Of a stretch of 64,000 nt of DNA, positions 37,078 to 49,110 are shown one piece after another (position 1 is the first letter of the stretch; the number at the start of each line of letters is the position of its first letter). The translations under genes and the position numbers were made by a program. Origin of the DNA: Mustelus asterias (lineage: Eukaryota); assembly GCF_964213995.1 (NCBI RefSeq), contig NC_135804.1, positions 33,480,001 through 33,544,000 of the forward strand. The letters run 5' to 3'. Under the pieces are notes generated by a model. The model was given only the letters and a program-made list of their open reading frames with translations, did not search any database and was not told the origin of the DNA.

Positions 37078-37370
37078 TGGTGGCACAGTGGTTAGCACTG
37101 CTGCCTCATAGCGTCAGGAACCCAGGTTCGATTGGGTCACTGTCTGTGTGGCTCCTGTACATTCTCTCTGTGTCTACATGGGTTTCCTCCAGGTACTCCG
37201 CGGAGTTTCCTCCCACAGCCCAAAGATGTGCTGGTTAGGTGGATTGGCGATGCTAAATTCTCCTTCCGTGTACCTGAACAAGCGCCAGAGTGTGGTGACT
37301 AGAGGATTTCCTCCACAGTAGCTTCATTACAGTGTTAATGTAAGCCAACTTGTGACGAATAAATAAACTA
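37078..37370 (+). mobile_element. V-SINE with alternative (non-CR1) tail
   Basis: HE1-like head and V-domain; tail GTGTTAATGTAAGCCAACTTGTGACGAATAAA. Confidence 0.85.
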
Positions 37371-37406
37371 CTTTTCATTTATAAAATATAAACTTCTTTT
37401 GCAGTT

Positions 37407-37572
37407 CATAGAATCCTACAGTGCAGAAGGAGGCCATTCGGCCCATCAAGACTGCACCGACCACAATCCCACCCAGGCCCTATCCCCACAGTCCCATGCA
37501 TTTACCCTAGCTAGTCCCCCTGACACTAAGAGGCAATTTAGCATGGCCAATCCACCGAACCCACACATCTTT
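37407..37572 (-). mobile_element. Truncated HE1-like SINE
   Basis: 3' half matches 21670-21817. Confidence 0.85.
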
Positions 37573-38276
37573 GAGAATGAGAATGAAAATGGTTGAGAAT
37601 TCAAAATCGTAGAATGTGGTTTATTTTTCTACAATTTGTCCTGAAGATATTGGACAAGGGATTGAGTAGGATAGAATTGCTTCAGTGCACTTTGGAGACC
37701 TATTGCAGATTTCTGTGTGCATGTTTCACAATGGGCTGCTTCCTGGATGGTCCGCGTGGCATTGAATGAATTAGAACACATGCTGGTAAACCACCCGCAT
37801 CTTCCTACAACCTTGAATGGACACTATCCTGGCATTAGTAAAACTAATATACTGGTGTGCAGTCATGATCCCAAACACATATATAGGCAGCGTCTTCATT
37901 ATTCACTTGTGGAGAGAGAAACAATGTTAATGTTTTGATCAAATACGACTCTTCTTCAGCCAGTTCCAAAGAAGAGTCACAGTGGACTCAAAACGTTCAC
38001 TTGGTTTCTCTCGCCGCAGATGCTGCTGCACTGGCTGAGAGATTATTACCGGGGAGGAATTTTCCCAAAGATTGTCAAAGTGTTATTTCAGTGCGAAAAC
38101 CTGTGCAATTCCTGTTGGCCCCGCTGGTGTGATCCAGACCATAGTTTTTAGCAGCCTAGAAAAACATTGCTCCCCCCACGTGAAGAACACTGCGCCTGAG
38201 GCGTGAAGCATCTGTATTCACCCGCTCCAGGAGTTACCTGAGTATTTCAACGAAGGAGTCGCTGCATTTAAACAGG

Positions 38277-38423
38277 CTTAAGCAGATTTCCACTCCATCT
38301 GACGAAGGAGCAGCGCTCCGAAAGCTAATGACATTTGTTACCAAATAAACCTGTTGGACTTTAAGCTGGTGTTGTTAAAACTCTTACTGTGTTTACCCCA
38401 GTCCAATGCCGGCATCTCCACAT
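38277..38423 (+). mobile_element. Penelope-like pLTR insertion
   Basis: 12-bp TSD CATTTAAACAGG (38265-38276, 38424-38435); homologous to 21080-21207. Confidence 0.85.
38296..38330 (+). ncRNA. Minimal hammerhead ribozyme (canonical core)
   Basis: CAT-CTGACGA-A-GGAGC AGC GCTCC-GAAA-G-CTA-ATG. Confidence 0.75.
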
Positions 38424-38468
38424 CATTTAAACAGGTCCACAGCACTTGCTGTCATTCATGTCAGGAGG

Positions 38469-38702
38469 ATGGCAGTGAGGAAACCAACTCCTCTATTCAC
38501 GGAGGCAGCCCTCACCTCTATGCTGGATGCCGTGGTGGAGAGGCAGGCAACAATATACTCGTAGGCTGGCAGGAGACCTTCTATCAAGGTGATGAATCCC
38601 ACCCAGGAGATGGTGGCAGCGGTGGTCAGTGCCAACAGCCTGCACAAGAGGATGGCGATCCAATGCCACAGTAAGATGGACGACCTACTCCGTTCTGCCA
38701 GG
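38469..38702 (+). pseudogene. Harbinger Myb/SANT gene, first-exon remnant
   Basis: MAVRKPTPLFTEAAL..MLDAV...VAAVVSANSLHKRMAIQCHSKMDDLLRSAR then a GTAAGT donor site; TIR-like GGGAGGAATTTTCC at 38052. Confidence 0.75.
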
Positions 38703-39519
38703 GTAAGTGCTCGCTGTATCCTCTCTGCACTCCACCTTGCCGTCGCCCCTTGGAATGTCACCTTACAAGGCCCCAGCACCCAACTGCCCACAAGCTTCCC
38801 CACACCCTCGGCTCTCCTCATCAAGAATCCTCCCTGTTTATGCGCAGTGCCCACACATGCCAGGTATTGTCAACATCTGACCCGCCCGCAGCCAGCGCAC
38901 ATCATCCCCATTTGTGTTCCTGCCGGAGAAACATCGCAAAGGAGAAAAGATGGGTGGTGGGCTACCAGCAACATTGTACCCCAAATCTCCAGCATCCATA
39001 ATATTTTGCTTTTTCTTCATTATTCATGAAACCCAAGTGTGGATCCTGACTCCATGCAAGGAAAGAACCCGGGAGGTTGCAGGAGAGTTCCAGGAGTGGG
39101 CCTGTGCTCAGACTGAGGTGAGCCTGCGGGAGAAATGTGAGGAGCCACTGCACCTTCATCCAAATGACCAAACTCACGTGGGTTCTGTGTAGTCTAAACT
39201 CTTGCCCGAAGCATGCACCTTCCTTGTCTTGAACAAACATCATCCAAACAGCCTGGCATTTTCACCAGCAGGGTCCTACTGCCCACCCTTGACCCAACCT
39301 TGGAAGAGATTTCAGAGGAGGTCAGCAAAGGAGCGTCACAGCTATTACCCGCATCATCCACCAGCGCAGAGACACATAGCTCGGTGGGCGATACTAGCAG
39401 GCAGACTTTTTGATTAGCACTACACTGCTTCTGATGCACATCAGGTGGAAGCAGGAATGTCCAGGCGTCAGGTAGTCAGAGGTCTGCTGGATCCCAGGGC
39501 TCAGCTGTGCCCCAGCCAC

Positions 39520-39800
39520 GTTTATTATTTATTTAATAGTGTCATAAATAGACTTACATTAACAATGAAATGAAATTACTGTGAAAATTCCCAAGTCGCC
39601 ACACTCCGGCGCCTGTTCGGGTACACTGAGGGAGAATTTAGCATGGCCAATGCACCTAACAAGCACTCTTTTGGACTGTGGGAGGAAACCAGAGCACCTG
39701 GAGGAAACCCACGCAGACACGGGGAGAACATGCAGACTCTGCACAGACAATGACCCAAGCTGGGAATCAAACCTGGGTCCCTGGCACTGTGAGGCAGCAT
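39520..39800 (-). mobile_element. V-SINE with alternative tail
   Basis: Reverse complement matches 37078-37370. Confidence 0.85.
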
Positions 39801-39979
39801 TAGGCCTTGTTCTTCCTTGTGAAGAGGCCGGGACAGGTGGAAGTCCAATGGGAAAGCCATCTGAGGAATTTTATGGGCTCTCCCTGCCCGCAAATCTGCC
39901 AGCAGGGGAACATAAAATTCTGCCCATTAACTCTGTTTCTCTCTCCATAGATGCTGCCTGACCTGCTGAGTATTTATAA

Positions 39980-41160
39980 CATTTTCGATTTTAATCCAAA
40001 CCTATTCAATCCTTCCACACAGCTAAAATTCTTAATTCCTGGCAACAATTTTGTGTATCTTATCTGTCCCTCTCCAGTGCAATCCTCCCTGTGATGCAGT
40101 GACCAAAATTGTACACAGTACTTTATCTGCTGCCTTAACATTGGGTTATACAGTTCTGGCATAACTTCTGTGCTATTATATATAAAATGGCCTGGCATTA
40201 AAGGGAAGTCTGCTATGTCTTATGAATCACTTTATTTACCTGTCCCTCTATCTAGGGACATGCATTCCGAGATCCCTCTGTTCCTCTACACATCTCAGTA
40301 TCCTACCATCTATTGTGGACTCCCTTGCATTGATTTCCATCCCCAAATGTAATACCTCATACTGCTTCTGAATGAAGTCCACGTTTCTCCTATCTGACCA
40401 GCCCATCAATATCTCCCTGCAGTCCACGAGCCCAGCTACATCTCCCTGCAGTCTGCAGCTTATTTTCTATCAACCACGTGACCCACTTTTGTGTCATCTG
40501 TAAAGTTCTTTATCATGTCCATACATGTAATTCTAAGTTATTGATATATACCATGAAAAGGAAGGGAATCAGTACCCTGCAGAACCCTTCTGGAAGCAGC
40601 CTTTCAACAAACAAAAAAACCCTTATCCTTTTCTTCCTGCCACTGAGCTAATTTTAGATCCACTATCTAGTGTCAAATGCCTTGCTAAAATCCACAGGGG
40701 AGGCAGTGACATAGACTAGTAATCCAGAGACGCAGGATAATTCTCTGGAGACGCGGGTTCGAATCCCGGGCGAAATCTGAATTCAGTAAAAAAAGAAACT
40801 GGAATTAATAGTCTAACGACGCCCATAAGAACCATTGTCGATTGTCGTAAAAACCCATCTGGTCCTTTAGGGAAGGAAATCTGCCGTCCTTACCTGGTCT
40901 GGCCTACATGTGACTCCAGAGCCACAGCAATGCGGTGGACTCTTTAATACCCTCAAGGATGGGCAATAAATGCTGGTCCAACCAGTGATGCCCAGATCCT
41001 ACGAATGAATTTTAAAAATGTGCACAACATCAAATGTACGATTATCATTGACCTGTGTTGTTACCTTCTCAAATAATTCAGTCAAGTTCACCAGAAATGA
41101 TCTTCCCTTAACAAATCCATGCTGAGTGTAATCGAATAACCTGTGCATCGCTAAATGATG
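39980..41160 (-). mobile_element. Degenerate CR1 LINE (with a SINE inserted)
   Basis: KYCVQFWSLHHRED; QHGFVKGRSFLVNLTELFEKVT. Confidence 0.75.
40696..41012 (+). mobile_element. tRNA-derived SINE with L2-type tail
   Basis: B-box GGTTCGAATCC; CCTTACCTGGTCTGGCCTACATGTGACTCC core; GGGCAATAAATGCTGG...GAATGAAT tail like the LINE tail at 13620-13665. Confidence 0.75.
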
Positions 41161-41732
41161 CAAACGGATGGTTTTGAAGTAAGTTGGGGTCACGTGTTGG
41201 AGATTTTGTATTTTAACTTTTGGCCTGACCTGCAGCCTACCAATTTTTTAGGAATTAAGATTCAGCCCAATATTTTCCATCTTTATATTCTTTTTAATTT
41301 ATTTTTCTAATTGTCTGCAACAGAAGCTGATAATTTTTCTCTCTTCGGCTCACAGATTCCGGACGAGATATATGAGCAAGGAAAAAGTCAAAATAAATTA
41401 GCTCCAAGCTATTCACTTCTGTCACCGGCGCTGTGATACTTCAATGCTTTCCCATTTATTCAGCTCACTAAAAACGGATTTGACTTGGAATCAGACATTT
41501 AAATTTCAATTTTAATACAATGTGTGAAGTGGGAATGTGGGCTGGGGGGTGGGGGGGAGTGGGCGAGGTTGGTTTAAGGCCTAGGCAATTTTAACTGATG
41601 GACCTCACTTGTATTTTACTGATTGGCGTCCCACTGAATATGTTGTACATCTGACAATTTGCTCACATGATGGGTGGCTCACCACATTTTCCAGCCTCAC
41701 CCGCTCTGTGATGGGCCATAAAATTCAGCCCG

Positions 41733-41923
41733 ATGGACGGGATTTTCCCCACAACCCACTGTGATTTTGCGATGGCGGAGGCAACCTGTCACTGGTCGGT
41801 GGTAGGATCTTCTGGAGTTTTCCACTGAATGCAACCCTTGCTGCCGGGAAGCCCGCGACAGGGGTGTGCCATCGGTGTGACGGGAACATCCCACCGGCGT
41901 AAACGGCCTTGAAAATTCCAGCC
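41733..41923. mobile_element. Harbinger-type MITE
   Basis: GACGGGATTTTC...GAAAATTCCAGCC imperfect TIRs. Confidence 0.55.
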
Positions 41924-42039
41924 GATTTGTGCAATTTCCAGCACAACTTGCAAAGTCTATTTGAAGCAAGCGTTCCCTTCTTTTATCAAAATTGCATTCC
42001 CCCTTGGCAAATAAACAAAAGTATCCTCTATGTCTTACG

Positions 42040-42245
42040 AATTATGAAGGACTGTCATCTTGGAAGTCCCAAAGGGGGCTGGAGGCCAGGGAGGCCTGTT
42101 CTCCCCATTAACCAGGAGAGCATTCTGCAGGCCATCAGAAAGCCATCCTAACCAGAGGTATGGGACAAAGTCAGTGCCAACATCATCACCCCCCTGGACC
42201 TAGCTTCAGTATATGAAAAGGTTCAATGACCTCAAAAGAGTAGCT
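42040..42245 (+). pseudogene. Harbinger Myb/SANT remnant
   Basis: EVWDKVSAN...QYMKRFNDLKR motif. Confidence 0.55.
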
Positions 42246-42919
42246 CTTCACTTCTTACCTCTCAACAAGTTCCTGACAAATATACCATTCCCAGCAGTAT
42301 AACCAAGCAGGTGGGCGCTTAAAAACACCCAGGTTAGTTGCTTGCCAGAAAGCCACTAAGGGTTCACTGTTCCCGATGTTAGCCTGCTTTATTGAGGAGC
42401 CAATAAAGACATCATCCACCCAAAACCAGGAGGCTCCTCTTTATATAAGCATGTCATATCCACATGATGCCACTTGGAGTTGATTGCAATTTTAACCAAT
42501 AACTATTTGAGTGGGGAAGTTACCAGAGCTTTCTCAGCAGTGAAAGCAACAGGAAGAGGAACCAGGGCTGGACGAGGCCCAAGCAGATGTATTTTTTTTA
42601 AATTTCCTTGCTGAGCCAGGAGGAAAGCTTTAAGGCTCCCCTGTCAGCAACTCTCCCCACTTGACCACCTCCTGCATTCCTGTTACCAGTGGACAGTCCA
42701 GTACTCAGGGAATGGGTGGGATGCCAAGCGGCAGGATTTCAATGAGACCAGATGTTCAAGTATCTCGGGCCTCACCTTCAGTGTAGTAGATGAATTTACC
42801 AACTTAGCTTGTCACCCATCTATCCTAGACCTGCCGAGAGTTAAAATTGAGATCCCAGACTTCAAGCAGACTTCTGATCCAGAACCTCAACCTGTGTTCC
42901 CATCTGTAACCCAACATAG

Positions 42920-43252
42920 ACGGCACGGTAGCACAGTGGTTAGCACTGCTGCTTCACAGCTCCAGGGACCTGGGTTCAATTCCCGGCTTGGGTCACTGTC
43001 TGTGTGGAGTTTGCACATTCTCCTGGTGCCTGCATGGGTTTCCTCCGGGTGCTCCGATTTCCTCCCAAGATGCGCGGGTTAGGTTGATTGGCCATGCTAA
43101 AATTGCCCCTTAGTTTCCTGAGATGCGTAGGTTAGAGGGATTAGCGGGTAAATATGTAGGGATATGGGGTAGGGTCTAGGTGGGATTGTGGTCGGTGCAG
43201 ACTCGATGGGCCAAATGGCCTCTTTCTGCACTGTAAGGTTTCTAAGATTCTA
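42920..43252 (+). mobile_element. HE1-like V-SINE
   Basis: Full head, V-domain and CR1-type tail. Confidence 0.9.
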
Positions 43253-44149
43253 GACAGCTTTCAGCCATCATGGCCCTCAACTCTGAGTTCTCTTCCTAAG
43301 TTGATTTGTCTCTCTTGACCTTCAAAAGCCTCCCAAAATTTATCTCCCCTGACTTAATCTTTGGTCCCTCTTCTATATTCTCTTGTTTAAATTCTGTTTT
43401 TCAAAATGGACCATTTGCCAGAGGCAAATTTACACTTTGTAGGGCTCCGCACTCATCTTCATTTCTGGGCCACCCCCCCCCCCCCCCCACCCCAACCTCA
43501 CACCCCTCCCACCCCACCCACAAGAATACACACGTTGATCACTGCTTTGTAAATTTGCAAAAACAGGCCTGCTTGAATAATTGCTGAATTAAATCCAAGC
43601 TTACCTCCTGTCAGCATGATGGTAAAGATGATCAATATTGTGGTGTGTGAGTCTTGAGGCGAACAAGCATGAAACTTGTCGATGGGCAACGAGATGGAAA
43701 AATCAGCTCCAAACATCACTGCAGCACAGGCCAGTGCAGGACAGAATGATCCAATCCTGTACAGGAGCAAATACTCCAATCAACAAGATGCATGCACTGC
43801 CCATTCAGTATATTTCATTTAGTTTCATAAGTAAAAGTTAACTTCCTTACTTCCTCTCTCAAAATCAACAAAGTTATTAATGTAAATGCACATGAGTGGA
43901 GAGTCCAGTGAGTCCAAGTCCAAGTTCATTGGCTCTGTTTGCAGGATTGTATTCTTGTCCTGAAGAGGCTTTCTGATGGCCAGTCTTGGGGATGTTGGTG
44001 GTTTGAACTATCTGCATGTGACCAGCTGCACCCATTATATCACACCAGCAATGGTCCATGTTGAAAAACAGAATTTAAACAAGAGAATATAGAAGAGGGA
44101 CATATTTTTTAGATTTTCTTGCTTCATCCCTTATTGGCATGGCAATTTA

Positions 44150-44526
44150 GATAGATTATTTCTACATTCTCTACAAAATCATCAATTACATCATTGTAGG
44201 TAAAATCTTCTAAAGATGAACTTTCAATCATCAATATTGCTGAACTTATCCAAGTTCCTGACTCATCGTATTTCACAAATAATTTTTAATTCTTTTCGAA
44301 GTAGAAGAATATTCACTGGAAGCATTTGTGACAGGTATTGTTAAAAATATTTTCAGGATGGTTTCCGCATTTGGAAAGGTTACCTGCAAACCATCATGTA
44401 CGATAGTCTGTACAAATCACTTGGTGATCTCGAAGCACAGAGGCCATCATTATCAATTAAATTAATGAATTGTTTCACTTCATCTTCAAGAAGCTTTGTC
44501 TCTGTCCCCCTGGTAGAATTCAGTTC
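44150..44526 (-). pseudogene. hAT transposase C-terminal dimerisation domain remnant
   Basis: VTFPNAETILKIFLTIPVTNASSEYSSTSKRIKNYL*NTMSQE. Confidence 0.85.
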
Positions 44527-45639
44527 GGGGGTGATTCTCCCATTGCGACCCACAAATCTTCTGGTGGATCCGGTCAGGAGAATCGCGTGTCAGCCATTTC
44601 GGGGGATTCACGCTTGCATTCCCGATGCCTGTGCGTCTCCCAGAGCCAGGGAACAGTCGCAGTCGGGACCACGCTGGAAACCGGTGGGAAGAGAGGTAAG
44701 TGATTTTAATCTTTTAAAAATGTATTTTAAATCTATTTTGCATGTGATTATCAGCCAATAGCATCTCCCACCCTACCATTCCGGTGGGGTTTAGAGTAGC
44801 TCCGCACATTCGGGGAACCAGCAGGAGACACCGCCAGAGTGAAGTGGGACAATCGGGGCCCCCCAGGGGGTCGGGCAGCTGGCGATAGGGCCTCCTGGGC
44901 ATGGACACCCTGGCAGTGCCAGTCTGTGCCCCCTAGCACTGCCAAAGGGGCAAAGTGCCCATGCCCAGGGGGCACCTTGGCACTGCCCACCGGGCATTGA
45001 GCAGTGCAAAGGGAGTGGAGTCTATTGTGGGTGGGGCCTAGGGGATGATTGGTGGGGGTGGGGGGTCCTGCTGCCACTCTGCATGGGGATCAGTTTGGGC
45101 TGGAGGGAGGCCAGCAATCGGGGCAGGCTGGGAGGGGGTGCTCTGCTGGGGGAAGGGATCTGACCCCAGGGGGGTGGTCTGACCCTGGGGGGGGCCTGCA
45201 GGGGAGGGGGGGGTCTGCCGGGGTGAGTGGTGTGGGAGGATTGCCACTGCTGGGGGGGGGGGGGGGTGGGCTGGACATCGGGGTGCTCCAGGATGGGGGG
45301 AGGGGGAGATGGGCTTGCCCCAGGAATTGTGGGCACCCCAAATAGGCCGGAGGGGGGACTGGAGGGGCAGCACTGCGAGGGTCCTGGGCTGGCCAGCTCA
45401 ATCGCTGGCCAGCAAATGGGGAAACTGTCAGACCGGGACCACTGTGCATGCGCAGAGTTCCGGAGCTGTCAGACTCCGGCGCAAATGGGCCCCACCCCCC
45501 GGATTTTTAATGAGATTCACGATTGGGACCTCTGCATTGGACAGAGTGGGGAGATTCGGATCTGAAGTTGCACTGAAAAAACAGTTGTGATCTAGACCAG
45601 TTTTCTCGCCAATTCAGCACTTTTGGGAGAATCGCCCCC
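44527..45639. mobile_element. Harbinger-type non-autonomous element (MITE A)
   Basis: TIRs GGGGGTGATTCTCCC / GGGAGAATCGCCCCC; flanks TTC/TTA. Confidence 0.85.
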
Positions 45640-45758
45640 TTAATTTCTTACTGCTATGGCTTTTAGGATTTTCATCCAAACTTCTGTCCAAAAGCATGCA
45701 AAATAAATCAACAGATTTCTTCAGAGTTTCATTTCTACTCTGCAATTGCACCATTGTT

Positions 45759-45960
45759 GGGGGCGATTCTCCCGTTTCTGCTGCGCTGGGTGCAACAGCC
45801 TCCACGCATCTCTGGCAGCCGGATTTCCGGTGCCGTCAGCTCTGTGCTGATTTCTGGCGTGGAGCTGCATAATTTATATAGATGCATATCTCCATTTCTT
45901 TTAAAACTCATTAGCAGGCCCAGGACTGGAATCTCCATTTATCGTATAGCTCCCCCCTAC
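45759..45960 (+). mobile_element. Left part of a split MITE of the same family
   Basis: Starts GGGGGCGATTCTCCC; ends TAGCTCCCCCCTAC, matching MITE A at ~44760-44777. Confidence 0.7.
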
Positions 45961-46990
45961 GTTAGTTCTACCAAAATGCATCACTTCGCATTTAGCTGGA
46001 TTGAACTCCATCTGTCATTTCTTTGCCCAAATTTCCAGCCTATCTATATCCTTCTGTAGCCTCTGACAATGTTCCTCACTATCTGCAAGTCCAGCCATTT
46101 TCGTGTCGTCCGCAAACTTACTGATCACCCCAGTTACACCTTCTTCCAGATCGTTTACATAAATCACAAACAGCAGAGGTCCCAATACAGAACCCTGCGG
46201 AACACCACTAGTCACAGGCATCCAGCCGGAAAAAGACCCTTCCACTACCACCCTCTGTCTTCTGTGACCAAGCCAGTTCTCCATCCATCTAGCCACCTCC
46301 CCCTTTATCCCATGAGATCCAACCTTTTGCACCAACCTACCATGAGGGACTTTGTCAAACGCTTTACTAAAGTCCATATAGACGACATCCACGGCCCTTC
46401 CCTCGTCAACCATTCTAGTCACTTCTTCAAAAAACTCCACCAGGTTAGTGAGGCATGACCTCCTTCTCACAAAACCATGCTATCATTAATGAGTTTATTC
46501 CTTTCTAAATGCACATACATCCTACCTCTAAGAATCCTCCCCAACAACTTCCCTACCATGGACGTCAAGCTCACCGGCCTATAATTTCCCGGGTTATCTT
46601 TCCTACCCTTCTTAAATAACGGGACCACATTAGCTATCCTCCAATCCTCTGGGACCTCACTGTGTCCAGTGACAAGACAAAGATTTGCGCCAGAGGCCCA
46701 ACGATTTCATCTCTCGTCTCCCTGAGCAGCCTTGGATAGATTCCATCAGGCCCTGGGGATTTGTCAGTCCCTAAAAAACCTAACACTTCCTCCCTTGTAA
46801 TGGAGATTTTCTCTAACGGGTCAACACTCCCCTCCGAGACACTTCCAGTCAACACATCCCTCTCCTTTGTGAATACCGACGCAAAGTATTCATTTAGGAT
46901 CTCCCCTACTTCTTTGGGCTCTAAGCATAATTCCCCACTTTTGTCCCTGAGAGGTCCGATTTTTTCCGTGACAACCCTTTTGTTCCTAAC
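45961..46990 (-). mobile_element. CR1 LINE RT fragment lacking its 3' end
   Basis: SCLTNLVEFFEEVT...VYMDFSKAFDKVPH...SGVPQGSVLGPLLF..Y...SKFADDTK. Confidence 0.95.
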
Positions 46991-48022
46991 AATATAACAA
47001 TATTCAGATCAACAAGCAAGACTGAACAATGCAAGCTCCATGTGCATTATTCATTCCCATTCCAGTCACTTCTTGAATGTAATCTGCAATGTTGCAGCTG
47101 AATCCTGTGAGAAAGCTGTACATTTCTGGACTTTATTCAAAATATGTATGCTTTTTTTCAGTTTCCACGCATCGGTGGAATATATTGCAATCACGCTTGG
47201 AGCAGGCAAATATAAAACATTTGACGCTCAAACAAATTTTGACACCAGGTGGTCTGTTTGTACAGATGCTGTTTTGGCTTTGAAAATGAACTTTGCTGAT
47301 GTAAAGCAAACATTAACTGACATAGCTGCATCCAATTCAGGAAAACCACAAAGAATCCTACAATGCAGAAGGAGGCCATTCGGCTCATCAAGTCTGCACC
47401 AAGTCTCCCACCCAGGCCCTATCCCCATAAGCCCATGCATTTACCCTAGCTAGTCCCCCTGACACTAAGGGGCAATTTAGCATGGCCAATCCATCTAACC
47501 CGCACTTCTTTGGACTGTGGGAGCACTTGGAGGAAACCAACACAGACATGGAGAGAACGTGCAGACTCCACACAGACAGTGACCCAAGCCGGGAATCAAA
47601 CCTGGCTCCCTGGCACTGTGAGGCAGTACTGCTAACCACTGTGCCACCACCTGTGAAAGCTGAAGCAAATTCCTTAGCAGAGAAGTTTGAAAGGTAAGAT
47701 ATTGTTGTTTTTACTCTTTTGTGGAACTGTTTGCTCAAATAATTAATGCCATCAGCAAATTGCTGCAAAATGTTGATACAACTTTATTGAGTGCTGTACA
47801 ATTGGTCGCCTCAGTTAAAAGTTTTGTCATGGAAGTTTGAAATAACTGTAGCCCGGTGGAAGCAGAGGCACTAACAGTAACAAAAATAATGGGTCCCTCT
47901 GATGATGAGAAGCATACAAGATGTGAGAAGTTATTTTTTGATGAAACTAGAGACAATGAAATCCCTGAAAAAGGCAAAGAGAGGATCATTGTTGAGACTG
48001 TCAATGTTTTTTGTGACACAAA
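46991..48022 (+). pseudogene. hAT transposase central region (inverted relative to the other fragments)
   Basis: SHFLNVI, DTRWSVCTDAVLALK, AEANSL, LLWNCLL, SKLLQNVD, ETVNVFCDT. Confidence 0.85.
47351..47648 (-). mobile_element. HE1-like V-SINE inserted in the hAT remnant
   Basis: Full-length match to other copies. Confidence 0.9.
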
Positions 48023-48845
48023 GTGGGCGATTCTTTCCAAAAAATTCTAAGTATCGATTCGAGTAAAAACTGGAATAAATCCTGCTGGTTTTTCAGAGGG
48101 AATTTCAAAATGAATCTCCCACGCTCGGTGCACCGCAGAGTGCACTAGCATAAATCAGTCCAAAAATCTGAGGCTGGGGCCTACTCCCTGCTGGAGACGC
48201 CAGCAGCATAGCGCTGAGCGGGCCACGCCGTTCTGTCAGCACCGAGATCGGCGCATGCGCAGTGGCCCCGCACTGTCGGCCTCCCCATCATTGGCCAGCT
48301 CAATTGCTGTCCAGTCTCACGACCCCATATCACCAGCCATATGCACCCTCAACGGCCCGATCGCTGAACATGTCCTAGCCAGCCTCAAACCCACACCCCC
48401 GCCCCGAGCCCCAGCCAGCCTCAATGTCCCACTACACACAGCCCTGATCTCCCACTTTCCACCCTCAATTTTTCCCTTCCCATCCTCCATCAGCAGCTCC
48501 AAACCCCTCCCTTCCCCTGCAGTCCCGACCTCCCCCAGCAGGCTGACGAACCCCCCACCACCGGGATGGCCGACCCCGATCTCTGGCCTCCCTTCCTCTG
48601 TCACTCAGCTCGAGTGCAGAGTGGCAGGGGAATCCCTTATCCACACTGATTGCCCCCCCAGAGACCTGTCCCCCCCATCAGCTCCTGCCCCATTCGGCCC
48701 CCTGATGCCTGGTGGGCAGTGCCAAGGTGCCCCCTGAGCACTGGCACTTTGCCCTTGGTGCGGCCTCAATGGCCCCCTTCACTCTACTGGGGCTGGGCCG
48801 CCAGCTCCCCGCAAGTGGGGAGTTATACTAAACTCCGCTGGAGTT
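48023..48845 (-). mobile_element. Right part of the split MITE (inverted)
   Basis: Homologous to the reverse complement of MITE A 44780-45639; TIR GTGGGCGATTCT. Confidence 0.75.
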
Positions 48846-49110
48846 AACCAGTTAATCAAGGCAGGCTAAAAAATTACCCCTTCAATTTGATAATGATGAC
48901 TCATCATGTCTTTTTAGAGGTAGTTCCAAAGAGGACAGCAGTTTGACTGTGGCAACAACACGTCTCAGCACTTCCCTCCAATAAGAAAACTCCTTTTCAA
49001 ACTGAGTCGGTAACGCAGAATCAATTCCTCCAGAAAATTCACATCTTTGAACAGACGCACACATGGCTTTAATATGAGGCTTAGAAGTTAGTTGCATGAT
49101 CAGCAATGTC
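48846..49110 (-). pseudogene. hAT (ZMYM1-like, DUF4371) transposase fragment
   Basis: EFSYWREVLRRVVATVKLLSSLELPLKRHDE...GNFLACL. Confidence 0.85.

Noticed and set aside
41335-41435. Polypyrimidine tract and CAG followed by IPDEIYEQGKSQNKLAPSYSLLSPAL*
   Set aside because: No recognisable protein and no partner exon; cannot be supported as a host exon
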